Positions 11,127 through 20,020 of a stretch of 64,000 bases of DNA are shown here, one piece after another. The stretch covers positions 24,490 to 88,489 of the forward strand of contig CAYQLM010000001.1 in the NCBI GenBank assembly GCA_964418365.1, in the 5' to 3' direction. The notes under the pieces are model-generated. The model did not search any database. It saw nothing but the letters and a program-made list of their open reading frames with translations, and had not been told where the DNA came from. Made by a program: the position numbers and the translations under genes. Numbering within the stretch: the first letter of the stretch is position 1; every line of letters begins with the position of its first letter. Source of the stretch: an uncultured Dehalococcoidia bacterium (GTDB taxonomy: Bacteria; Chloroflexota; Dehalococcoidia; DSTF01; RBG-16-68-14).

Positions 11127-11155
11127 TTGACTTGCACCATATCTCGGGTATAATT
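11127..11155 (+). promoter_or_regulatory. Consensus sigma70-type promoter TTGACT-17 nt-TATAAT
   Basis: TTGACT at 11127-11132, 17-nt spacer, TATAAT at 11150-11155, inside an AT-rich stretch about 85 nt upstream of the 11242 gene. Confidence 0.5.
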
Positions 11156-11241
11156 AAGCTGGACTTTGATCCCCAAATCAAGTCTGCTGAGTTCGTCAAT
11201 CATCGGATAGCTAGTCTCTCCTCTGCGAAAGGAGTCGCCCC

Positions 11242-12204
11242 GTGGGTCGTAAGGCTAATCGAGCACGACGCGGTTCTCTAACAAGGCCACAGCCCGCTAT
11301 CCCAAGCCTGGCAATGCCCGCGTCAGCGTCTGCGGCAACCGCACAGTATCGCCGCGCTCGCGCCCTAATCGGTTTCCTTCCAGAACCAGAGGCAGTGAGA
11401 CTTCTGCTCGGGCGCCTTCCGACTCCTGGCGAGGATACTGCTGTCACTGAGAAAGAGGCCGCCAGAAAGCGGTCAAATGTAGAGACTCGACGGCCGTATG
11501 AGCCGTCGGATCCTGAAATTTCCATTGATGATCGCTCAGGTCTTGAGGAAATCGCGAGGCGGCCCGAAATTCAGGCTTCGTTTGCTCCTTTCAACTGGCG
11601 GATCGCCCAAATCGACTTGACTCGGGTGCTGGCCTTTCAGCCGTTGGTCAGCCTACAGAATCTGGACGCCCGGATGATGGGTGTGCTCGAGGGGAGGGAG
11701 TCCCTCTCTGAATTCTGTCTGCCGAATGACCAGACGCCATCTTCAGCGGCATTCTCTCAAGATTCAGACAGTAGGGGCGTAGCCATCAGCTCGCCAAACC
11801 CGAATCTGCGCATAGCCGGTTCTGGAGTTGCCAATGTCGAAGTGCCAGGGCCGGCCGGCTCGCCGCCACTGAAGGCAGTGGCTCTTCAAACGTTTGTGAC
11901 ACTCAATTGCAGCTCCGTGCAGGTAGTTCGGTACTCCAATCGCTCTTTCATAAGAGATGGATATCATCGAGCCGCGGGTCTTCTGCGCGCAGGAATCAAC
12001 AATTGTCCGTGTATCTTCATTGAAGCTCGGAGCATGGATGAAATCGGTCGCGGCGCAGGGACAGTTCCTGAACAAGTTCTATTTGGCGACCGGCCGCCTC
12101 TTCTCGCCGACTTTTGGAACGATGAGGTGTCGAGTGAGGTAGCTCAGGCCGTGACGATGAAAGTTGTGAGAATGCGTGGCGATGAGTTCATGGTCCCGAT
12201 TTGA
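11242..12204 (+). CDS. Hypothetical protein encoded on a low-GC (about 54%) island
   Basis: 320-aa ORF with GTG start after a GAAAGGAG Shine-Dalgarno. No recognisable domain. Codon usage is A/T-ending, atypical for the window. Confidence 0.55.
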   Translation: MGRKANRARRGSLTRPQPAIPSLAMPASASAATAQYRRARALIGFLPEPEAVRLLLGRLPTPGEDTAVTEKEAARKRSNVETRRPYEPSDPEISIDDRSGLEEIARRPEIQASFAPFNWRIAQIDLTRVLAFQPLVSLQNLDARMMGVLEGRESLSEFCLPNDQTPSSAAFSQDSDSRGVAISSPNPNLRIAGSGVANVEVPGPAGSPPLKAVALQTFVTLNCSSVQVVRYSNRSFIRDGYHRAAGLLRAGINNCPCIFIEARSMDEIGRGAGTVPEQVLFGDRPPLLADFWNDEVSSEVAQAVTMKVVRMRGDEFMVPI

Positions 12205-12224
12205 CCGACTTTTACGTCTAACGT

Positions 12225-13586
12225 TTACGCGACCCTCTCTAGCTCTACGAAGTAGGAGGCGCAGGCGAGGTCGAGCCACTCCGCCGTGAGCGTGGGCTCT
12301 TTGCCGTAGAACTTCGTGATGTCGACAAGCAGCTCGACCAGGTCGCGCGGGTGGCATGCCTTCGGCTGCTGCGACTGGTTGCTCCGGTACATCTGCAGCA
12401 AGTACTGCGCGCCCTCGTCGCTGTAGGCAACGCCCTTCTGCGCACAGACGCGCCGCAGGATCTCCAAGTAGTCTTCCTCGGTCGGGTTCGGCACCTCAAC
12501 CTTGTGCCGGATGCGGCGGAAGAACGCCTCGTCGCCCAGCTTCCCGGGCGGGATGTTCGACGAAAAGACGAGCAGCACGTCGAACGGCAACTCTACCGTG
12601 TCGCCGGTGTGCACCGAGAGGTGGTCCGTACCCTGCTCCATCGGCACGATCCAGCGGTTCAGCAATTCCTGCGGCTGGATGGCCTGGCGGCCGAAGTCGT
12701 CGATGATCAGCACGCCGCTGTTCGCCTTCCACTGCAGCGGCGCGATGTAGAACTGCGAGATCGATGAATAGCGCAGCTCCAGGTCCTGCAACGTCAGCTC
12801 GCCGCCCACGCTCACCAACGGGCGCTTGGTCAGCGCCCAGCGCGCGTCTCGCCGGCGCTCCCGGCCGGCGATCGTCTGCGCCAGGCGGCGGCGCTCTTCC
12901 AGGATCAGCGGGTCGATGCGCTTGTGCAGCCTCGGGTCGAAGACCTTCACGATCTGCCCGTGCACGACGACCGCGTACGGTACCACGACTTCGCCGGGCA
13001 GCATGTCACCGATCGCCGTGGTGATCGAGCTCTTGCCATTGCCAGCGCCGCCGTAGATCAGTAGCGATCGCGCGGAGTTCAGCGCCGGACCCAGTCGCGC
13101 GAGCACCGTCTTGTTCAGTACCAGGTGCGACAGGCCGTTCATGTAGGTCTCGGTGTCGATCTCGATGCTGGTGACCGACTGGCGGCGCAGCACCTCGACG
13201 TACAGCTCGAAGGGCACCGGCGTCGGGCCGACGTAATGGCTGCGCGCGAGCGCTTCTTCCGCTTTCTTGCGTCCGCGGTCGGTCAGCGAGTACTGGTACG
13301 CCTGCTCGCCGACGCCCGCGCTGCCGACGACTTCGAGCACCTGCTCGCGGCGCAGGAACGTGATCAGCTCGGTCATGACGGGGAACGAAAGGCACAGCTG
13401 GTCAGAAAGCACCCGGCCGGAAGGCCGGCCGTAGAAGTAGATCGTCTTCAGTGTGAGATCGACCAGCATCGAGAGCTCGAGGCCGGTCTCTTCGACCGAG
13501 CTCGGCTGCGAGACGAACGGCGCTTCGCCGTCTGCGGATTGGTCGTGGTCTACCGTTACGGAGAGCGTTGGGGACTCTGCAATCAT
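12225..13586 (-). CDS. P-loop NTPase of the AAA+ superfamily with an N-terminal winged-helix-like domain
   Basis: Walker A LLIYGGAGNGKSSI; Walker B VLIIDDFGRQ followed by SSNIPP. This resembles the IstB/DnaC/TniB-style motifs, but the protein is 453 aa and no transposase is nearby. Confidence 0.6.
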   Translation of the reverse strand: MIAESPTLSVTVDHDQSADGEAPFVSQPSSVEETGLELSMLVDLTLKTIYFYGRPSGRVLSDQLCLSFPVMTELITFLRREQVLEVVGSAGVGEQAYQYSLTDRGRKKAEEALARSHYVGPTPVPFELYVEVLRRQSVTSIEIDTETYMNGLSHLVLNKTVLARLGPALNSARSLLIYGGAGNGKSSITTAIGDMLPGEVVVPYAVVVHGQIVKVFDPRLHKRIDPLILEERRRLAQTIAGRERRRDARWALTKRPLVSVGGELTLQDLELRYSSISQFYIAPLQWKANSGVLIIDDFGRQAIQPQELLNRWIVPMEQGTDHLSVHTGDTVELPFDVLLVFSSNIPPGKLGDEAFFRRIRHKVEVPNPTEEDYLEILRRVCAQKGVAYSDEGAQYLLQMYRSNQSQQPKACHPRDLVELLVDITKFYGKEPTLTAEWLDLACASYFVELERVA

Positions 13587-13639
13587 CGTTTTATACCCCC
13601 TAGGATTATCGCGTGGCTGCCGCCGTCCTGAAGAGCAGG

Positions 13640-14065
13640 TCAGCTGGCCAAAACCAACTCCTGCGTCAGATCGCCCCAGCTGAAGAAGACGGCGGAGAGG
13701 CGAACGCCCGCCTGCTCGAAGACGCCGTCCGCAGCCCAGCGCGCCAGCATCGCTCGTGTTTCAGCTTCGACCTCTCCCGTATAGAAGCCGGTAGGCCTCA
13801 GGACCGAGAAGTTCGCGCTCGCGAGCGGTGCCTGGCCTTCGCCCGCGGCCGCGATCGCCAGCGAGACGCTATCGACGCCGTACGGACGGTGCATCGCGCC
13901 GAGCTGCTCGCGGCACCAGGCGATCAGCTCCCCCGCGATGGCGTCGCTCGCGCCGAGCGTTACCGGCCAGCTCGTGTGGTACAGGCCGACGCCCGAATCG
14001 AGCGCCTGGCGCACGGCCCGGCGTAACGAACGGCGTTGCAAGAGTCGTGAGATGGCGTTCGCCAT
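13640..14065 (-). CDS. Hypothetical 141-aa protein, probably co-transcribed with the downstream AAA+ ATPase
   Basis: ORF in the same orientation, 53-nt gap to the ATPase start; no recognisable motifs. Confidence 0.45.
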   Translation of the reverse strand: MANAISRLLQRRSLRRAVRQALDSGVGLYHTSWPVTLGASDAIAGELIAWCREQLGAMHRPYGVDSVSLAIAAAGEGQAPLASANFSVLRPTGFYTGEVEAETRAMLARWAADGVFEQAGVRLSAVFFSWGDLTQELVLAS

Positions 14066-14129
14066 CGAATCTCCCCCGGCGTCAGGAAATCGCCTAGGGG
14101 AGTATCGGCAGCAGATCGAGGGGTCTCGA

Positions 14130-14456
14130 TTAGGGAGCGGGCGTCCGGCGCGGCGAAAGTGCGCCCTGGATCATCAGCGCGCCCGCGATCACGAGCGCGA
14201 TCCCTGCGAACTTCGACCACGCGATGCCCGCCACCGCGCTGCCCGAGCCGGATGCCGGCAGCGTGATCGACTGACGCGGCGGGTGGACGGACACAGGGCC
14301 CAGCTCGGAAACGTACGTCGCGGTCGGTAACGGCGCGGCCGCGACCGATGACGTCTCGCTGAGTGCATGCGAGCTTCCGCCGGCCGCGAGCGAAGCGCCG
14401 ACCGTCACTCCGATGACGGCGAGGAACGTGATAGCGGCGATTGTGGCGAGGCGCAT
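14130..14456 (-). CDS. Small secreted protein with a signal peptide and a C-terminal LPXTG-like sortase sorting signal
   Basis: Internal ATG at 14456 gives MRLATIAAITFLAVIGVTVGASLAAG (signal peptide). The C-terminus has LPASG, a hydrophobic stretch and an RRTPAP tail. The ORF upstream extension to 14753 is probably not translated. Confidence 0.5.
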   Translation of the reverse strand: MRLATIAAITFLAVIGVTVGASLAAGGSSHALSETSSVAAAPLPTATYVSELGPVSVHPPRQSITLPASGSGSAVAGIAWSKFAGIALVIAGALMIQGALSPRRTPAP

Positions 14457-14990
14457 AGCTCCGTAGATAACAAGACCGCCGTCTTCAGCAAGACGGCGGC
14501 TGAAGATCCTCCGAGCGTATCCTCTTCGGTAGCCCGGCTGTCGCTCCTGGAAGTGGAGTCGATCCTGGGGCTTTGCGTGGCCCTTCGCGTGACGGGCCGT
14601 GCCCTTTCGGAGGCTTCTATTCGATTGTTGGGTGGGGCCAGGGGACGCCTGCCAGGCCCCGCCTCCTGAACGCGCGTCCCCTGGGCCCGTAGCCCGATCG
14701 CACCCGCCTAAGGCGGGAGGATCGCTCCAGGAATGGCGAACCATCCCGGCCAAGTGGCTCGCGCTGCGCGCCGGCCCCGGCCTCCTGCTGCCCGGCGGCG
14801 GTCATCGCCTTCAGGGCTTCCCGCCCTGAACTGGACGGTCTACCCGTCCGATAACTCTCTAGGGTGTCTGATCCGACGGCCACCCTTCGCGGACCGGCCG
14901 CGGCGTCGGGTCGGGCCGCATTGTGTCACAGGGTTGGCGATATGTCAAGCGCATCAGCACCCAACGCCTAAAACGGGAGCGCTTTCGGCG

Positions 14991-17072
14991 ATGTTACAGA
15001 CTTCGACGATCCGTCATCGGACCTCCTGGCTACGCGCTGTTCTCGTCGCGCTCTTTGTGCTGGCGTTCACGATTGCCGGCTCACGCGATCTGCTCGCGCA
15101 GCAGCCGACGCCGCTGACCGTCAAGATCAACGGCTTTGCCGGCGGCGACTTGTCGCACGCGCAGGTAGTTGTCACGGTGCTGGACAACGCGGGGCATCCC
15201 CTCTCCGGCCTGACGAAGGACAGCTTTCACGCGCGGCTGAACGACGCTGACGCGATCACGATTGGGCTGAGCCAGGGCGTCGACAGCAGCGTGCCGCTTA
15301 CCGTCGTGCTGGCGATCGACGTCAGCGCCGGTATGGCAGGCCCGGCTATGGAACAGGCGAAGACCGCGGCTGGCGGTTTCGTCGATGGACTGGGGCCGCA
15401 AGATAGCGTCGCTGTGTTCGCGTTCAACGACACGGCGAATCTCGTCCAGCCGTTCACGCAGGATCACGCCGCTGCGCACAACGCCATCGACTTCTTAGGC
15501 GCGACTGGTGGCTCGCAGCTGTACCAGGCGACGCTGCAGAGCATCCTGCAGGCGTCCGCCAGCGCCGACACCGGCCGTCGCGCTGTCGTGCTGCTCAGCG
15601 GCTCCACAGACACGAGCGCGGCGACACCGGACCAGGCGCTGTTCGCTGCGCAGGCGCTCGGCGTACCGATCTTCGACATCGCGGTCGGCACGAGTGTCGA
15701 TAACGAGTATCTACGCAAGCTTGCCGACGTGAGCGGCGGCCAGTTCACGCAGGCATCCGGGCCGGAGGCGCTCGTACCGCTGTACCAGAACCTGGGCGAG
15801 CTGCTGCGCGATCAGTATGTGCTGACGCTCGACGCCTCGGCCGTGCAGCTGGGCAAGTCGCAGCCGGCGACGCTATCGATCACGGCGACCGCGGGCGACA
15901 GCAGCGGCAGCGACCAGCGTGTCGTGTGCCCGCAGCGCCTCTGCGTCACGCTCGACAACATCGCGGCCGGCGACAAGGTGGACGCCGCGCGCATCGTGAC
16001 CGCGAGTGTCGTCGCCACCGATCCGGTGACGTCGGTCACCTTCCTGGTCGATGGCCAGGTGGCGTCCACCGCCACGGCATCGCCGTACCAGTTCACGTTC
16101 GATCCGAAGCAGTACGGCAACGGAAAGCATCTCTTGGCTGCTGAAGTGGCATCGGGAAGCGCCACGGCGCGGACGGATGACGTGCAGATACAGTTGGGAG
16201 CGGCAAAGTCCGGCAGCAAGCTGATCGCCATGGGCGCCCTCGGTGCGCTCGGGCTGGTCGCGGTATTGCTCGTCTTGTTTGTCGTACTCCGTCGTCGTGG
16301 CCGGGGCGAGCGTCCTAAGCCTGTCGCGCCGTCCGACACGCCTAAAGTCGGCCCCATTTTGAAGGGCCGCGGACGGCTGCGCATACTCGAACCCGACGAG
16401 GCGCCGGCGGCGCCCGCCGCTGCAGCGCCCGCTGCGCTGGTGGGGCAGCTCCATGTCACGAGTGGCCCAATGGCGGGCCAGTCCTTCGCGATTGGTAGCA
16501 CGCCTGTCAGCATCGGGTCTGGCCATCGTTGCACGATCCGCCTCCCACGCGATCTCGATGAAGGCGGCGAAATCGCTCCCGAGTTCGCCCGCATCTGGGT
16601 GCGTAACGACCAGCTCATGGTGCACGAGCTGCGCCGGCTGACCGTCGCCGGTCCTGTGGGAGGCCGCTGGGAGATGCTGGAGAACGGTGACACCTTCTCC
16701 ATCGGATCGTGCGCCTTCCGCTTCGAGCTCGGCACGGGCGACGACAAGACAGAGGAAACGAAGCCCGCGGAGCCGCCGCCCGACATCCTCCGCAGCAGGG
16801 AAGGCAGCGATGCCTGGCCGGCCGCGTCTGCGACCTTCGCGGCACCGGCGCTACAGGCACCGGCGCAGCGCGCGCAAGAGCTTGCCGTAGAACCGCCGCC
16901 GGACATCTTCCGCAAGAGAGAACAGTCCGCTGCCGCGGCCTCATCCTCGGACACTCCGCCCTTGCCGACGCCGTTGCCCAGCGCTCAGAAGCAGGAGCTC
17001 GAGAACGGCCAGGGGAGGCAGGCGGAGGATTCGGGCCCCGATAGCCCCCCTCAGGCCGCCGCCGCCCCTTAG
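14991..17072 (+). CDS. Single-pass membrane protein: signal peptide, extracellular VWA domain, Ig-like region, TM, cytoplasmic FHA domain, Pro-rich tail
   Basis: VWA MIDAS motif (VVLAIDVSAGM) and TM (LIAMGALGALGLVAVLLVLFVVL). FHA-like region (GQLHVTSGP...SIGSGHRCTIRL...RIWVRNDQLMVHEL...NGDTFSIGSCAFRFE). Tail carries two EPPPDI(L/F)RxRE motifs. Start ATG 14991; the ORF extends up to 14733. Confidence 0.75.
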   Translation: MLQTSTIRHRTSWLRAVLVALFVLAFTIAGSRDLLAQQPTPLTVKINGFAGGDLSHAQVVVTVLDNAGHPLSGLTKDSFHARLNDADAITIGLSQGVDSSVPLTVVLAIDVSAGMAGPAMEQAKTAAGGFVDGLGPQDSVAVFAFNDTANLVQPFTQDHAAAHNAIDFLGATGGSQLYQATLQSILQASASADTGRRAVVLLSGSTDTSAATPDQALFAAQALGVPIFDIAVGTSVDNEYLRKLADVSGGQFTQASGPEALVPLYQNLGELLRDQYVLTLDASAVQLGKSQPATLSITATAGDSSGSDQRVVCPQRLCVTLDNIAAGDKVDAARIVTASVVATDPVTSVTFLVDGQVASTATASPYQFTFDPKQYGNGKHLLAAEVASGSATARTDDVQIQLGAAKSGSKLIAMGALGALGLVAVLLVLFVVLRRRGRGERPKPVAPSDTPKVGPILKGRGRLRILEPDEAPAAPAAAAPAALVGQLHVTSGPMAGQSFAIGSTPVSIGSGHRCTIRLPRDLDEGGEIAPEFARIWVRNDQLMVHELRRLTVAGPVGGRWEMLENGDTFSIGSCAFRFELGTGDDKTEETKPAEPPPDILRSREGSDAWPAASATFAAPALQAPAQRAQELAVEPPPDIFRKREQSAAAASSSDTPPLPTPLPSAQKQELENGQGRQAEDSGPDSPPQAAAAP

Positions 17073-17175
17073 GCCCCCACGTTCCGTCGCAAGCCAAGCC
17101 CTCTAGCGCCCAGGCGCTCCTGCCGAACCTTACCTGGGGACGATTTCGACTCACCCAATTGCGAACGACAAGCTT

Positions 17176-17775
17176 ATGGCACTTGCCACACCGAACATCG
17201 AAGAAGCCAGCCTCGTGCGCCGCGCCATTATGCGCGACCGCGAGGCGTTCGGCGAGCTGTACGACCGGCACGTCGTGCGCGTCTACCGGCACATCTACTA
17301 CCTCGTCGGCAACGCGGCCGAGGCGGAAGACCTCACGGCGCAGGCGTTCCTGCAAGCCTGGGAGGCGATCGACCGCTATCAGATGCGTGGTGCGCCCTTC
17401 GTTTCGTGGCTGCTGCGCATCGCGCACAACCTGGCCGTGAGCCACCTGCGGTCACGCAAGGACCGCTCGGAGCTGCCGGACACGCTGGTGGACCACAGCC
17501 GCCTGGGCAATCCGGAGGAAATGGTCCAGCAGACCGCGGAAGGTGAGCGCGTTCGCGCTGCGATTCTGCGCCTGCGCGAAGAGCAGCGTCAGGTGATCAT
17601 GCTGCGCTTTGTCGAGGACCTCGAGTACCCGGAAGTGGCGGAGATCGTCGGGAAGAGCGTCGCGGCCGTACGCGTCATCCAGCACCGCGCGCTCAACGCG
17701 CTGCGAAAGCAGATCGGAAACGAGCCCACGCCGGTGCGCCACCGCAGAGCGACTCGTTTCTCAGCCTCCGGTTAG
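17176..17775 (+). CDS. ECF-type RNA polymerase sigma factor (sigma-70 regions 2 and 4)
   Basis: 199 aa; region 2 (YRHIYYLVGNAAEAEDLTAQAFLQAW) and region 4 (EQRQVIMLRFVEDLEYPEVAEIVGKSVAAVRVIQHRAL). Confidence 0.88.
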   Translation: MALATPNIEEASLVRRAIMRDREAFGELYDRHVVRVYRHIYYLVGNAAEAEDLTAQAFLQAWEAIDRYQMRGAPFVSWLLRIAHNLAVSHLRSRKDRSELPDTLVDHSRLGNPEEMVQQTAEGERVRAAILRLREEQRQVIMLRFVEDLEYPEVAEIVGKSVAAVRVIQHRALNALRKQIGNEPTPVRHRRATRFSASG

Positions 17776-17776
17776 T

Positions 17777-19030
17777 CTACGCGGCGTACGCCTGCTGCGG
17801 CGCCTTCTCCGTTTCGCTCGACGTCGCGATGCTCTCCTGCGCTGGCCAACGGAACGACACGCAGAGATAGCCCGCGAGCACGAAGAAGCCCGTCAGCGAT
17901 AGCCCCTGGATCGCGATCACGGGCAGGACGAACAGCAGCGTAAACGATAGGAGCAGCGCGTTCGTCGCGCGCCGCGTCGCTTCGACGCTCGAGTTCGCCG
18001 TAAGGTACGCGCGCAGCGCAAGCGTCGCGGGTAACAGCATGAGCACCAGGCTCTGCGTGTGTACGTGTGGCGAAGCGATCAGCGGCAGCAGCACCGCGAT
18101 GCTGTAGTCGCGTTCGAGCGAGCCGCTGGCCCGCCAGCGCGCCACCGCGACCGCGATCGCGCCCGCCGCGATGATCGCGGAGCCCGGCGCCCAGTAGACT
18201 AGCCTGTCGCTGTTCGTCGCGCTGACGATGAAGCCCCGCCAGTTGGCCATGAACTGCGCATTCACCGTCAGCCGTCCGCCTGAGCCGTACGTGGCCAACT
18301 CCTTCACGTTGTCGAACAGCGTCGATGGGGCGGTCAGCAAGGCCGGGACGATCAGGAGCGCTAGGCCGGCACACGCCAGCGTTCCCAGCGTCCGCCAATC
18401 ACGTCGCAGTAGTAACAGGAGTACGACGCCGATCAAGAAGTGCGGCTTTATGAGCACGAGGCACAGGGTCAGGCCGGCGAGCACGCGTCGATCTGCGCGC
18501 AGGAGCAGGTAGCCGCCCAGCAGGCCAGCCAGCGCGACAAGATCGACCTGGCCGAAAACGATCGTCGCGAGCGAGGGCATGGCGAAGGCGGCGCAGGCGA
18601 GAAACAGCCAGCGCACACGCCCGGGAAGGTCTTTGAGCTCCTCGCCGAGCAGCCGGAGCAGGCCGCCTAGCAGGCAGGCCATCAGTGACATGTAGAGGGA
18701 GAACGCGGCCGTGAAAGGCAACCGCGATAGCGGCGCGAAGAGCCAGGCGGCGAAGACGGGCAGGGGGTAGCCGATCGCCTCGTCGAAGCCGCCCGGGTAC
18801 AGGTGGCGCTGGGTCGCTTCGATGGCCGCGGGATCGTAGAGGTGGGCGCCATGGCCCGTTCGAACGAGGAATCCCGCGGCGTAGAACGACAGGAAATCGC
18901 CGGTGGCGCCGTAGGCGTTCGTCGCGATGTGCTGGAGGACCGTCCCGAAGATGGCGATACTGCCGGCGGCGGCGATCGCGGCCGCCGCGGAGAGCGCCAC
19001 CGTCAGGGCCGAGAACTCTCGGAGCTTCAC
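17777..19030 (-). CDS. Polytopic membrane glycosyltransferase-like protein (DUF2029/GT87-like)
   Basis: 417 aa, about 10 TM segments, motif TNAYGATGDFLSFYAAG typical of DUF2029 mannosyltransferase-like proteins. Confidence 0.55.
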   Translation of the reverse strand: MKLREFSALTVALSAAAAIAAAGSIAIFGTVLQHIATNAYGATGDFLSFYAAGFLVRTGHGAHLYDPAAIEATQRHLYPGGFDEAIGYPLPVFAAWLFAPLSRLPFTAAFSLYMSLMACLLGGLLRLLGEELKDLPGRVRWLFLACAAFAMPSLATIVFGQVDLVALAGLLGGYLLLRADRRVLAGLTLCLVLIKPHFLIGVVLLLLLRRDWRTLGTLACAGLALLIVPALLTAPSTLFDNVKELATYGSGGRLTVNAQFMANWRGFIVSATNSDRLVYWAPGSAIIAAGAIAVAVARWRASGSLERDYSIAVLLPLIASPHVHTQSLVLMLLPATLALRAYLTANSSVEATRRATNALLLSFTLLFVLPVIAIQGLSLTGFFVLAGYLCVSFRWPAQESIATSSETEKAPQQAYAA

Positions 19031-19247
19031 CTCCCTAGCATCGACTCACCTTCATCTTACGGGCAGTCTGCGAAGCCCCTATCGGCCGGAGTTCGAGTCT
19101 GGAGCCGCATGTCTTTCGACCCCTTCAGATGGGCTAGGGGTTTACCGATGATGTCATCAGGGAACACACGTAAGGGAATGCCCGGCGAACATGGCGCTCC
19201 TAGAGCGGCCCGCGTCGGAGTCTGGAGAAGGGAAAGGAGGACAACGA

Positions 19248-19463
19248 ATGCAACTGCTCAACGAAGCGCTGCTGCGTATCCTCACCGGTTGGCACGGGCT
19301 TCAGGCTCGGGCGCAGGATGAGGAAGGGCAGACCCTGGCGGAGTACGGCCTGATTATGGCCGTCATCGCCGTGGCGGTCGTGGTTCTTGCGGTGACCGTG
19401 TTCCGCAACGCGATCGTGGGTGCCTTCAACGGCGCCGTCGACTGTCTAGACGGAAGCTGCTAA
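19248..19463 (+). CDS. flp: Flp-family type IVb prepilin, copy 1
   Basis: Leader MQLLNEALLRILTGWHGLQARAQDEEG, then QTLAEYGLIMAVIAVAVVVLAV (Flp G/xxxxEY motif). ATG 19248 with a GGAAAGGAGG Shine-Dalgarno. The ORF N-terminal extension from 19191 is unlikely. Confidence 0.85.
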   Translation: MQLLNEALLRILTGWHGLQARAQDEEGQTLAEYGLIMAVIAVAVVVLAVTVFRNAIVGAFNGAVDCLDGSC

Positions 19464-19479
19464 CCAGCAGCGGATTAGT

Positions 19480-19515
19480 GAAGAAGGGCCCCGCTCTGCA
19501 GCGGGGCCCTTCTTC
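19480..19515 (+). terminator. Rho-independent terminator after flp copy 1
   Basis: Perfect 15-bp stem GAAGAAGGGCCCCGC-tctgca-GCGGGGCCCTTCTTC, then TTCTGG. Confidence 0.7.
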
Positions 19516-19746
19516 TTCTGGCAAGCTGCTGTTCCGAAATATGGATGTCAATTTCCACATTCCATGTTCGTGAAAGATGTCGCAAGCCGATACTAGCACT
19601 AGGAGTAGACATGTAGCCTTCGGCGGTAAGCACAAGGATGGTGCGTAACGGTTCGCCACCGAAGACTGTTCCAACTATTGGACGCCCGGCGATAAGACGG
19701 AGATTCCTCCGCCCGTCGGAGCCTGTGAAGGAGGGAGGGCAAACAT

Positions 19747-19962
19747 ATGCAACTGCTGAATGAAGCCCTGCTCCGCATCCTCACTGGGTGGCACGGGCTC
19801 CAGGCTCGGGCCGAGGACGAGGATGGGCAGACGCTGGCAGAGTACGGCCTCATTATGGCCGTCATCGCCGTGGCGGTTGTCGTCCTGGCCGTGACCGTGT
19901 TCCGCAACGCGATCGTAGGGGCCTTCAACGGCGCCGTCGACTGTCTAGACGGAAGCTGCTAA
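19747..19962 (+). CDS. flp: Flp-family type IVb prepilin, copy 2 (tandem paralog)
   Basis: 71 aa, identical mature region. Two conservative leader differences (Q to E, E to D). GGAGGGAGGG Shine-Dalgarno. Confidence 0.85.
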   Translation: MQLLNEALLRILTGWHGLQARAEDEDGQTLAEYGLIMAVIAVAVVVLAVTVFRNAIVGAFNGAVDCLDGSC

Positions 19963-19993
19963 GCGCAGCCATCCCGCGAACATGCGACCGCGC

Positions 19994-20020
19994 GGAGGGG
20001 GTCCCCTTCGGGACCCCTCC
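19994..20020 (+). terminator. GC-rich hairpin after flp copy 2 (terminator-like, no U-tract)
   Basis: GGAGGGGGTCCC-cttc-GGGACCCCTCC. Confidence 0.4.

Noticed and set aside
14733-14990. N-terminal ORF extensions (e.g. 14733-14990 for the VWA-FHA gene, 14457-14753, 28356-28409, 34180-34434, 43687-43809, 48615-48881)
   Set aside because: The extensions are Arg/Pro-rich. They lack SD sequences, while internal starts have good SD sequences and produce proper signal peptides or conserved N-termini.
19248-19962. Possibility that the two flp copies are an assembly duplication artefact
   Set aside because: The copies differ at about 20 mostly synonymous positions and in two leader residues, and have distinct flanking sequences and terminators. 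This is consistent with genuine paralogs.
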